A DNA stretch of 64,000 nucleotides, from assembly GCA_035466375.1 (NCBI GenBank), contig DATIVB010000056.1, positions 10,075 through 74,074 on the forward strand, in the 5' to 3' direction. The translations under genes were made by a program, and so were the position numbers. Numbering within the stretch: position 1 is the stretch's first letter; each line of letters starts with the position of its first letter. The DNA comes from Chondromyces sp. (GTDB lineage Bacteria; Acidobacteriota; Thermoanaerobaculia; Thermoanaerobaculales; Sulfomarinibacteraceae). Below are positions 8,314 to 16,016 of this stretch, piece by piece. The notes under the pieces are model-generated. The model ran no database searches. It had not been told where the DNA came from and was given only the letters and a program-made list of their open reading frames with translations.

Positions 8314-9656
8314 GAGACGTCGTGCTCGAGCTCGCGCGCGAGATCGAAGCCACGAGCGGCTTCGTCATTCCGCCGCGAGGGCTCGAGCCCCTGGCGGCGC
8401 TCGCGCGCGAGCGGGCGATGGCGCTCGGCGTGGCCGGCATCGACGGGTATCTGGCCCGGCTGCGTGCGCAGCCGGAGAGCCACGAGTGGCGAAGCCTGCT
8501 GAGCCGCATCACGGTCAAGGAGTCCAGGCTCTTCCGCGGCCGGCCGCAGATCGAGGCCCTCGCACAGAGGATCGTGCCCGAGTTCGTCGCCGGACGGGCG
8601 GCGGGGAGGCTCCGGATCTGGAGCGCCGGCTGCGCCCGCGGCGAGGAGGCGGCGACCCTAGCCCTCGTCCTCGCGGACCATCCGCTCCTCGCGGGCTGGC
8701 AGTGGTCGATCCTCGCCACCGACGTGGACGACGCGGCGCTCGCCGATGCCGAGCAGGGCCTGTACGGCGTCCGGGCGATGGGCGGGGTCCCGGCTGAAGT
8801 GGTCGAGCGCCACTTCGAACGCCGCGGTGAGCTGTACGAGATGCGGCCCCGCATCAGGTCGCACATCCACTACCGGCACCAGAACCTGGCGGCGCCGCAA
8901 CTCGATCTACCGGAGGCGCCGTTCGACGTGATCTTCCTGCGCAACGTGCTCATCTACTTCAGCGCCGAGGTGCAGCGCCGGGTGGTGGCCTCGGTCGAGC
9001 GGGTCCTGGCCCCGCGGGGATGGCTGTTTCTGGGTCCGAGCGAGAGCCTGCTGCCCCTCGAGGTCGCGCTCCGCCCGCGGGACCTCGGCACGTGCTTCTG
9101 TTACGGATGGCCGAGCCGCCCAGCCTCCCCATCGGCGGGCCCCGATGCCCCCTCCGTTCTCCCGGCCGCCGAACCTGCCGCCGCCGGGGAGGGGAGTGAC
9201 CGGCCGCCGATGCCTCTCCCTCCGGCGCCGGCGCGGCTCCCATTCGAGGAGCAGGCGGCGGCGATGCTCGCGTTGCTCGACGCGGCCGAACCGGAAACCG
9301 GCAGGCGCGCGGCCTCGCAGCTCCGGCTCGACTACCCCGAAAGCCCCGCCGCGCACCTCCTGGAAGGGCTCGGATGGCTGCGGTCGGGTCTGCCGGAGCG
9401 CGCCCTGTTGGCGTTCCGGGCCGCACGCTATCTGGCGCCGGAGCTCGCGGAGATCCGGTTTCTCCTGGGGCGAACGCTCGCCGAGCTCGGCAGGCGCGAC
9501 CAGGCGCGACGGGAGTTTCGGGCGGCGCTGGCCGCCTCCGAGCGCCCGGCAGGAGCGATCTGGGCCGAGCTGCCCCGACTCGGCGTGCCGGACCTGGAGA
9601 CGATCAGGGTGCGCTGCCGCGAGCTCGTCGGGGGCGAAACGAATATCTCGGATTAG
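8310..9656 (+). CDS. cheR: CheR-type protein-glutamate O-methyltransferase with a C-terminal TPR-like extension
   Basis: GTGA overlap with the cheA stop. The SAM-binding region reads LRIWSAGCARGEEAATLA ... FDVIFLRNVLIYF. A Pro/Ala linker is followed by TPR-like helices (AAHLLEGLGWLRSGLPERALLAFRAARYLAPE). Confidence 0.9.
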   Translation: MRDVVLELAREIEATSGFVIPPRGLEPLAALARERAMALGVAGIDGYLARLRAQPESHEWRSLLSRITVKESRLFRGRPQIEALAQRIVPEFVAGRAAGRLRIWSAGCARGEEAATLALVLADHPLLAGWQWSILATDVDDAALADAEQGLYGVRAMGGVPAEVVERHFERRGELYEMRPRIRSHIHYRHQNLAAPQLDLPEAPFDVIFLRNVLIYFSAEVQRRVVASVERVLAPRGWLFLGPSESLLPLEVALRPRDLGTCFCYGWPSRPASPSAGPDAPSVLPAAEPAAAGEGSDRPPMPLPPAPARLPFEEQAAAMLALLDAAEPETGRRAASQLRLDYPESPAAHLLEGLGWLRSGLPERALLAFRAARYLAPELAEIRFLLGRTLAELGRRDQARREFRAALAASERPAGAIWAELPRLGVPDLETIRVRCRELVGGETNISD

Positions 9657-9678
9657 CTGAGATTTCCGCGACGGATGC

Positions 9679-10275
9679 CTACCAGGAGACTTCGACTTTG
9701 CGAGGCTTGCCGCCGAAACGGTCCACCTGAACCCATCGGTTGCGCTTGCCGAAGTCGTAGAGGTCGCGCGTCACCCGAACGTCCTCCCGACAGTACTCGG
9801 CGATCTTGTCGATCTCGCCCTGACGCCACCACTCCAGGGCCTGCAGCCCGTCGGCGCTCTTGCCCACCCCGAGCGTCGGCACCGCGACGCTCTCGAGCTT
9901 GGGGCGAAAGCCCAGCCGCTCCTCGAGGTCGTACATGAGGTCGAAGGTCGGCAGCTCGTGCAGGTCCTCGTCGGTGTAGGCGCGCAGGACCTCGTAGTCG
10001 AAGCCGCGGATGTTGTAGCCGACCACCAGATCGGCGGCGAGGAGCAGTGAGATCAGCCGATCGACCGTCTCCTCGGTGACGACCAGAAACTCCTCGGTGT
10101 CGTAGCGGTAGGCGACTCCGACCGAGAGGCCGAGACGGTGCAGCTGACTGCGCCCGCCGACCTCGGCGAACGAACGTCGGGTCTCGAGATCGAAGACGAC
10201 CACCTTGCGGCCCGGCTCGACCTCCCGGTGCGGGGCTTCCTCGAACAACCCCATCTGTCCGTCCCAGTACTCCAC
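9679..10275 (-). CDS. RNase H-like / DEDD-type 3'-5' exonuclease family protein
   Basis: 198-aa ORF. VVVFDLETRR (Exo I-like DxE), VVGYNIRGFDYEVL (Exo II-like) and YCREDVRVTRDLY (Exo III-like) match the DnaQ/PolB-exonuclease fold pattern. Confidence 0.7.
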   Translation of the reverse strand: MEYWDGQMGLFEEAPHREVEPGRKVVVFDLETRRSFAEVGGRSQLHRLGLSVGVAYRYDTEEFLVVTEETVDRLISLLLAADLVVGYNIRGFDYEVLRAYTDEDLHELPTFDLMYDLEERLGFRPKLESVAVPTLGVGKSADGLQALEWWRQGEIDKIAEYCREDVRVTRDLYDFGKRNRWVQVDRFGGKPRKVEVSW

Positions 10276-10346
10276 GCGCGCATCCTCCGGGTCTTTTTCA
10301 GCGGCGGAGAGTGTAGCATCGCCCTCGCCGCGCTCCGGCGGGTGCG

Positions 10347-11171
10347 GTGGCGACGCGCCGGGGATCTGCCTGTATACTCCCCGCCGTGAACGTCCAGGTG
10401 GAGGAGGTCCACGGTCCCGCGGTCGAGCTTGCCGTGTTCAGCGGCCCGCTCGACCTGCTTCTGCATCTCATTCGCAAGAATGAGGTCTCGATCTACGACA
10501 TTCCGATCTTCAGCATCTGCGACCAGTACAACGAGCACCTGCAGGCGATCCAGGACCTCGACCTCGACGTCGCGGGGGAGTTCCTGTGGATGGCCTCGTG
10601 GCTGCTCCACCTCAAGTCGAAGATGCTCCTGCCGCAGGTCGCCGAGGGCGGGGAGGACCCCCGCGAGGAGTTGGTGGAGCGGCTGCTCGCCTATCGGCGG
10701 GTCAAGGAGCTCGCGTCCTTCCTCCACGACAGCGACACGGTCCGACGGTGCCTCTGGACATCGGCGATGCGAGCGCCGATCGAAACACCCCAGGAGGTGG
10801 AGCTCGACTGGGAGGACGTCGATCTCCGGCTCCTCGCCCGGACCTACCTCGAGGTCATGCAGCGATTCGAGGCGGCGCACCCGCCGCCGCTGGAGATCGT
10901 GCCTCTCCGCTACAGCGTCGAGGAGAAGATGAAGGACATCTACACCCGGGTGATGCACGGGGGCGTGATGCCGCTGCTCCGCCACCTGCACTCGCGCTCG
11001 GACCCCGACGAGGTCGTGGCGGTCGTCGTGGCGACCCTCGAGCTGGTGCGGCTGCGGGGGGTCTTCGCCGAGCAACGCCGGCCCTTCGCGGAGATCTACC
11101 TGCGCCCCGGGGACCGCAACCTGAGCGTCTCCGAGCTGCTGCAGCGAGAGGCGGCCGTCAGTGAGGGATGA
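10347..11171 (+). CDS. scpA: Segregation and condensation protein A
   Basis: FSGPLDLLLHLIRKNEVSIYDIPIFSICDQY is the ScpA signature. The true start may be the GTG at 10386 (VNVQVEEV), which lies just downstream of a TATACT box. Confidence 0.9.
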   Translation: MATRRGSACILPAVNVQVEEVHGPAVELAVFSGPLDLLLHLIRKNEVSIYDIPIFSICDQYNEHLQAIQDLDLDVAGEFLWMASWLLHLKSKMLLPQVAEGGEDPREELVERLLAYRRVKELASFLHDSDTVRRCLWTSAMRAPIETPQEVELDWEDVDLRLLARTYLEVMQRFEAAHPPPLEIVPLRYSVEEKMKDIYTRVMHGGVMPLLRHLHSRSDPDEVVAVVVATLELVRLRGVFAEQRRPFAEIYLRPGDRNLSVSELLQREAAVSEG

Positions 11172-11706
11172 GCAGATCGCCGCCGTCGAAGCCATGCTGA
11201 TGACCGCCGGCGGCACGGTCACCGAGGCCGCGGTCGCGGAGGCTCTGGATGATCCGACGGTCGGGACCGCCGAGGTACGGGAGGCGCTCGAGACCATCGG
11301 CCGGGCGTGGAACCGCCCGGACAGCGGCCTGCAGCTGGAGAAGGTCGCCGACGGCTGGCGCTGCGTCACCCCGCCGGCGCTCGACCCCTACCTGCGCGCG
11401 TTCCACGGGGTGACGGCCCGTCAGCGGCTGTCGCAGGCCTCGTTGGAGGTCCTGGCGATCGTCGCCCACCGGCAGCCGGTGACCCTGCCCGAGATCAACT
11501 TCATCCGCGGCGCCAACTCGGCGAGCGTCCTGCGCACGCTCCTCGACCGGCGGCTGCTGCGCCTCGCCGGGCGCAAGAAGGTCGTCGGCAAGCCCTTCCT
11601 GTACCGGACCTCGCGCGAGTTTCTGGTCCACTTCGGCCTCGAGCGGCCTGAGGACCTTCCGGACCCGGAGGAGCTGCTCAAGGACGAGGCCGCCGCCATC
11701 GAGTGA
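11161..11706 (+). CDS. scpB: SMC-Scp complex subunit ScpB
   Basis: 181 aa and overlaps the scpA end. QASLEVLAIVAHRQPVTLPEINFIRGANSASVLRTLLDRRLL..GKPFLYRTSREFLVHFGL is typical of ScpB winged-helix domains. Confidence 0.9.
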   Translation: MRDEQIAAVEAMLMTAGGTVTEAAVAEALDDPTVGTAEVREALETIGRAWNRPDSGLQLEKVADGWRCVTPPALDPYLRAFHGVTARQRLSQASLEVLAIVAHRQPVTLPEINFIRGANSASVLRTLLDRRLLRLAGRKKVVGKPFLYRTSREFLVHFGLERPEDLPDPEELLKDEAAAIE

Positions 11707-11726
11707 CGGGCGGCCGGGGAGGGACG

Positions 11727-12128
11727 ATGGACGACAGCCGGATCCAGCCCAAGGGTCGGGTCCTGATGATGCCGCGCGATACCAACGCCGCCGGCACCAT
11801 TTTCGGGGGCGTCATTCTCTCCTACATCGACCAGGCCGGCGCGGAGGAGGCCCTGTACCAGGGCGCGCGACGCGTCCTGACGGTGGCCATGAAGGAGGTC
11901 GTGTTCCACCAACCGGTGTACGTCGGCGATCTGGTGTCGTTCTACACCTCGCCGGTCCGGATCGGACGCACCTCGATCACGGTCCGGGTGCAGGTGACGG
12001 CGGCCCGTCACCGCGATCGCACCGAGGAGGTGCACGTCACCGACGCCGAGATCACCTACGTCAACGTGGATGACAACCGGCGGCCGCTGCCGATCCGCGA
12101 CCGGGCGCCGACCACCGGCGATGGCTGA
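11727..12128 (+). CDS. Acyl-CoA thioesterase (hotdog fold)
   Basis: ATG at 11727 after a GGGAGGG SD. MMPRDTNAAGTIFGGVILSYIDQAG and SFYTSPVRIGRTSITVRV match the YciA/acyl-CoA hydrolase pattern. Confidence 0.8.
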   Translation: MDDSRIQPKGRVLMMPRDTNAAGTIFGGVILSYIDQAGAEEALYQGARRVLTVAMKEVVFHQPVYVGDLVSFYTSPVRIGRTSITVRVQVTAARHRDRTEEVHVTDAEITYVNVDDNRRPLPIRDRAPTTGDG

Positions 12129-13224
12129 TCGCGGCGGGCCGGTCCACACCCTCCTCGAGCGGGCCGTTCGGGCTGGCCAGGTCGCCGGGGCAGTCGCCGT
12201 GTGGGGGAGGGACGAGGCCTCGTTGCGGAGCGTCCGCGCCGGCTGCGCGGCTCTGCGGCCGGTTGCCGTCCCGGCCGTCGACGAGACCTGGTTCGATCTC
12301 GCGTCGCTCACCAAGCCCCTGGTCACGACCACTCTCTGCCTGCTCGGGTTCCGGACCGGCGCCCTCGAGCCGACGGACCGGATCGGCGAGCTCCTTCCGG
12401 AGACCCGCGGGTCGGAGATCGAGGACCTCGAGCTCGCCTCGCTCCTGACCCACAGCTCGGGGCTGCCCGCGTGGCTTCCCCTGTACTGCCTGGCCGAGGG
12501 GGAGCCGCGGCGTCTGCCCGAGCGACTGGGGCGCATCGGGCTCGAGGCGCGCCCCGGGACGAGGGTCCGGTACTCCTGCGTCGGCTTCGTCATCGCCGCT
12601 GTGATGCTCGAGCGGGCCACGGGGAGGTCCCTCGAGCAGCTGTTTTCCGAGCAGGTGCTGCACCCGCTCGGCCTCGAGGAGCGGCTCGGCTTTCATCCGG
12701 ACCCGGGACGCCGGCCATTGGCCGGCGCGGCCACGGCGCCTGATGCCGAGACCCTTCTGGTGCGCGAGCTCGGGGCCGACCCGGCCTTCATCCCTCCGGT
12801 CGGTCCGGGGCTGCCGGATGACGGCAACGCCCGCTTTCTCGGAGGCGCTGCCGGCAATGCCGGGCTCTTCGGTTCGGCGCGCGGCGTGTGGCGGCTCGCG
12901 GCCGAGTACGCCAACCCCACGGGCGCACTGCTGACGGCCGGCGAGGCGGCGGCCGCGACCCGGTCCCACACCGACGGCTTGGAGCAGGCGCGCGGTTACG
13001 GCTGGCAGCTGGCCGCAACCGCCGGTTGCTCGGCGGGCCCGGCGCTGCCGCCGAGCGCCTTCGGGCACACGGGTTTCACCGGGGTCTCGGTGTGGGCGGA
13101 GCGCGGCGGGGCCACCTACGTGCTGCTCGCCAACCGCGTCCATCCGGCCCATCGCAACCTCGACCTGCACCCGCTGCGCCGCCGCTTTCACCAGCTGGCA
13201 AAGGCCACCACCCCGCGTTGCTGA
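12121..13224 (+). CDS. Beta-lactamase-family serine hydrolase
   Basis: ATG at 12121 (MADRGGPVHTLLERAV). It has an SxxK motif (DLASLTKPLVTT), plus HSSGLPAW and FGHTGFTGVSVW, which are typical of class C / PBP-like esterases. Confidence 0.8.
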   Translation: MADRGGPVHTLLERAVRAGQVAGAVAVWGRDEASLRSVRAGCAALRPVAVPAVDETWFDLASLTKPLVTTTLCLLGFRTGALEPTDRIGELLPETRGSEIEDLELASLLTHSSGLPAWLPLYCLAEGEPRRLPERLGRIGLEARPGTRVRYSCVGFVIAAVMLERATGRSLEQLFSEQVLHPLGLEERLGFHPDPGRRPLAGAATAPDAETLLVRELGADPAFIPPVGPGLPDDGNARFLGGAAGNAGLFGSARGVWRLAAEYANPTGALLTAGEAAAATRSHTDGLEQARGYGWQLAATAGCSAGPALPPSAFGHTGFTGVSVWAERGGATYVLLANRVHPAHRNLDLHPLRRRFHQLAKATTPRC

Positions 13225-13250
13225 GCGGCCGGCGTGAGGGTCCGGGCGGT

Positions 13251-13268
13251 GTCGGCATGCCGACACTG
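13251..13268. repeat. Perfect 18-bp palindrome GTGTCGGCATGCCGACAC between convergent genes
   Basis: Read directly. It could act as a hairpin between the convergent serine hydrolase and lptFG genes, although there is no U-tract. Its 16-bp core recurs at 16367-16382. Confidence 0.7.
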
Positions 13269-13296
13269 CGGGTCGGCGATGTCCGGTGCGGCGCCC

Positions 13297-15747
13297 TCAG
13301 GTGCGCAGGGTGGTCAGGCGGTTGACGCCGAAGAGGACGGCGAGCAGGATCGGCGACCACGCGCCGAGCGCCGGCGGCAGGATCTCGACCTCGCCGAGCT
13401 TGCCGAAGAGCGCGATCAGCATCGAGTAGACGATGCCGAGCGTGAGCGCGACCGCGATCCCCTGCATGGTGGTCACCCGGCGCCCACCCCGGCTGAGGGC
13501 GAAGGGCAGCGCGAGCAGCACCATCGCGAAGGTCGAAAGGGGGTAGGTGAGCTTCTGGTGCCAGCGCACGATGAGGTTCACCGGCCGGTAGCCGGAGTCC
13601 ACGAGCTCCTCGATGTAGGCGCGCAGCTCGCCCAGCGACATCTCGGACGGACGGCGGTACTCCTGGCTGAAGTACGACGGCCCCTCCTCGATGTCGAGGG
13701 CCATGGGGGAGGTGATCCTGCGGAACTCGTCGGTGCCGTCACTGTAGAACTGCCGGAACCAGCCGGAGTCCGCGATCCAGGCGCCGTCGAGGTAGCGGGC
13801 GCGGCGGGTGGAGAGGTGAAAGCGCAGGTTCATGTCGTCGTCGAGCCGGAACATGGTGAATCGGACCAGGGTGCGCGACGGTTCGTCGTAACGGAGGAAG
13901 TTGTACAGGGTCTCGTCATCGCGGGACAGCATCCACTGGCGGTCGCTCGCCATGTACGAGCGGGCCGTATCCCGCCCCTCGATCCGGTCCAGCAGTCGCT
14001 GTGCCTCGCGGTTCGCGTCCGGAACCACCACCTCGCCAAGGAACCACAGCCCGACCGCGGCCACCGCCGCGACCAGCAGGATCGGTACCATCAGCCGGTA
14101 CAACGAGATCCCCGCCGCCTTGACTGCGGTCAGCTCCTGGTGTCGCTCCAACATGGTCAACAGGATGAGGACCGAGATCATCAGCGCGAACGGCGTCACG
14201 TCGAGGAAGACCTGCGGCACCAGGTTGGCGTAGTACCGGACGATTACCTCGATGGAGATCCTGTTCTTGGTCATGGTCTCGAGGTTGTCGCTGAGATCGC
14301 CCACCACGTAGAGCAGCGCGGTACTGCCCAGGACCAGAAGCAGGGGAGGGATGAGGCGGCGGGTGAGGTAGCGGTCGAGGAGCGCCGGAAAACGGTTGGC
14401 GTAGCGGCGCCGCTGGATGACGATGGGGAAGCTGCCGCTCATTTCGGTCGCCAGCTTGCCCTGCCTCGTGCCGGCGCGCCAGGAGCGCCAGCGCTCGACG
14501 GCCGCCTTGATGAGCCGAGCCAGGGGACCCTCGCGGCCCTCCCGCTCGCCGAGCCAGCGCCCCATGCGCGCCATCAGGACCAGCGCCACCGCCGTCAGCA
14601 CGATGTTCGGCAGCCAGATCCCGAGAAACGGCGGCAGCACGCCCTCGATGGCGAGAATCTCGCCCTGGTTGGCGACCAGATAGTAGGCGAGGACCACCGC
14701 CACCGAAATCACGAATCCCCTGCCGCGGCCTCCGGAGCCCGAGCCCACCCCGAGCGGCAGCGCGAGCAGGGCGAAGACGACGCTCGCGAAGGGAATCGCC
14801 ACTCGTTTGTTGAGCTCGATGCCCGCGTGGCGGCGTCCGGGGTCGCCCTCCGCCTCGAGGTCCGGCGCCTCCTTGTCCTCGACGGCGTCATCGAGCGTGC
14901 CGCCGCGCAGGTAGCGTAGGAGCTCGCCACTGCTGCGCTCGCGCATGCTGAGTCGATATCGAACCTGGTTTCGGCTGCCGAGAGCCGGGCGCACGAGCTG
15001 CGTCGTGTTCCGGTTGACGCGATAGGTCTCCGGGTCCTCGCGCGAAAACTGGTGGGTGACGACATCCTCGAGGCGGATCCACTGCTCGACCTCCGGCAGG
15101 TTGCCGCCCGGGGAGTGGGGGATCACCTGGCCGGGACCGCCGGTGAGGACCATGCGGCCCCGGCGCGCCAGGGTGAGACGCTCCTCCTGGGGGTCGGTGG
15201 TGTCGAAGAGGAGGATGTCGCGCCAGTCCCCGCTGGCCGGGTCGATGTCCCGGAGGTACAGGAGGACGTTCGGAATCTCCTCGTGGAAGACCTTCGGTTC
15301 GAGACGGCCCAGATTTCTGGCTTCGGTGAAGAGCCGCACCTTGAGCTCGCGGAGGTTGCGGCTCGATTGGGGGATGAACTGCAGGTAGAGGTAGCCGTTG
15401 GCGACCGTCAGCAGGACGCCGATCAGGAGGACGGGCCGCAGCAGGCGGCGCATCGGGATGCCACCGGCCTGGAGGGCGATCAGCTCGTTGTCGGCGCTCA
15501 TCCGCCCGACCGCCAGCAGAACCCCGAACAGGAAGCTCATGGGAATGGTCAGGATCACCACGTGCGGCAGGGTGATGAGGAGGACCTTGGCGGCATCGAC
15601 CATCGACACGCCGCGCACCAGGACCTGCTCGATGAGGCCGTACAGACCGCGCAGGACGATCAGGAAGGTGTAGGTGATGAAGCCGAGGATGGTCGGCGGC
15701 AGCACCTCGCGGATCACCAGCCGGTCGACGGTGCTGATAAGCCTCAT
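13297..15747 (-). CDS. Fused LptF-LptG LPS export permease (two YjgP/YjgQ permease modules in one 816-aa polypeptide)
   Basis: The N-terminal half starts RLVIREVLPPTILGFITYTFLIVL and the second half starts LLDRYLTRRLIPPLLLVLGSTALLYVVGDL. Each half has a periplasmic insert followed by C-terminal TM helices, which is the LptF/LptG pattern seen twice. Confidence 0.8.
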   Translation of the reverse strand: MRLISTVDRLVIREVLPPTILGFITYTFLIVLRGLYGLIEQVLVRGVSMVDAAKVLLITLPHVVILTIPMSFLFGVLLAVGRMSADNELIALQAGGIPMRRLLRPVLLIGVLLTVANGYLYLQFIPQSSRNLRELKVRLFTEARNLGRLEPKVFHEEIPNVLLYLRDIDPASGDWRDILLFDTTDPQEERLTLARRGRMVLTGGPGQVIPHSPGGNLPEVEQWIRLEDVVTHQFSREDPETYRVNRNTTQLVRPALGSRNQVRYRLSMRERSSGELLRYLRGGTLDDAVEDKEAPDLEAEGDPGRRHAGIELNKRVAIPFASVVFALLALPLGVGSGSGGRGRGFVISVAVVLAYYLVANQGEILAIEGVLPPFLGIWLPNIVLTAVALVLMARMGRWLGEREGREGPLARLIKAAVERWRSWRAGTRQGKLATEMSGSFPIVIQRRRYANRFPALLDRYLTRRLIPPLLLVLGSTALLYVVGDLSDNLETMTKNRISIEVIVRYYANLVPQVFLDVTPFALMISVLILLTMLERHQELTAVKAAGISLYRLMVPILLVAAVAAVGLWFLGEVVVPDANREAQRLLDRIEGRDTARSYMASDRQWMLSRDDETLYNFLRYDEPSRTLVRFTMFRLDDDMNLRFHLSTRRARYLDGAWIADSGWFRQFYSDGTDEFRRITSPMALDIEEGPSYFSQEYRRPSEMSLGELRAYIEELVDSGYRPVNLIVRWHQKLTYPLSTFAMVLLALPFALSRGGRRVTTMQGIAVALTLGIVYSMLIALFGKLGEVEILPPALGAWSPILLAVLFGVNRLTTLRT

Positions 15748-15791
15748 GGCCCCGGTCCCCGGTTGCTGTCAGCCGTTGCACGCATCCTGGA

Positions 15792-15797
15792 ATTCTA
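15792..15797 (-). promoter_or_regulatory. TAGAAT -10-like hexamer upstream of lptFG
   Basis: The minus strand reads cccgtgTAGAATtcc about 45 nt upstream of the lptFG ATG (15747). The same hexamer occurs in the other putative promoters in this window. No clear -35 was seen. Confidence 0.3.
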
Positions 15798-15854
15798 CAC
15801 GGGTTTGCTGGCCGGGCGGCACCGTCGGGCGGCGCGGAAACCTCGGTGGGCGCG

Positions 15855-15892
15855 GTTTCCACAAGATTTCCACAAGCGGTCGAAACTCCACA
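15855..15892 (+). promoter_or_regulatory. Cluster of three co-oriented DnaA-box-like 9-mers
   Basis: The three 9-mers are GTTTCCACA (15855-15863), ATTTCCACA (15866-15874) and AACTCCACA (15884-15892). The first two are each 8/9 matches to TTWTNCACA and form an 11-bp-spaced direct repeat TTTCCACAAG. Confidence 0.4.
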
Positions 15893-15900
15893 CCCGTGGC

Positions 15901-15953
15901 CGATATTTCAATGTCCGATAAGATATATTATGTAAACCTGAATATCTGATGAC
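15901..15953. other. Local AT-rich tract (candidate DNA-unwinding element or UP-like region)
   Basis: The stretch cgatatttcaatgtccgataagatatattatgtaaacctgaatatctgat has 36 of its first 50 nt as A/T by direct count. This contrasts strongly with the GC-rich surroundings. Confidence 0.5.
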
Positions 15954-16016
15954 GCCCTCGAACAGGCCGAAAACCCCTCGCGGCGATCTTGAACGACGGA
16001 ATTCCCTGCCCCTCAC

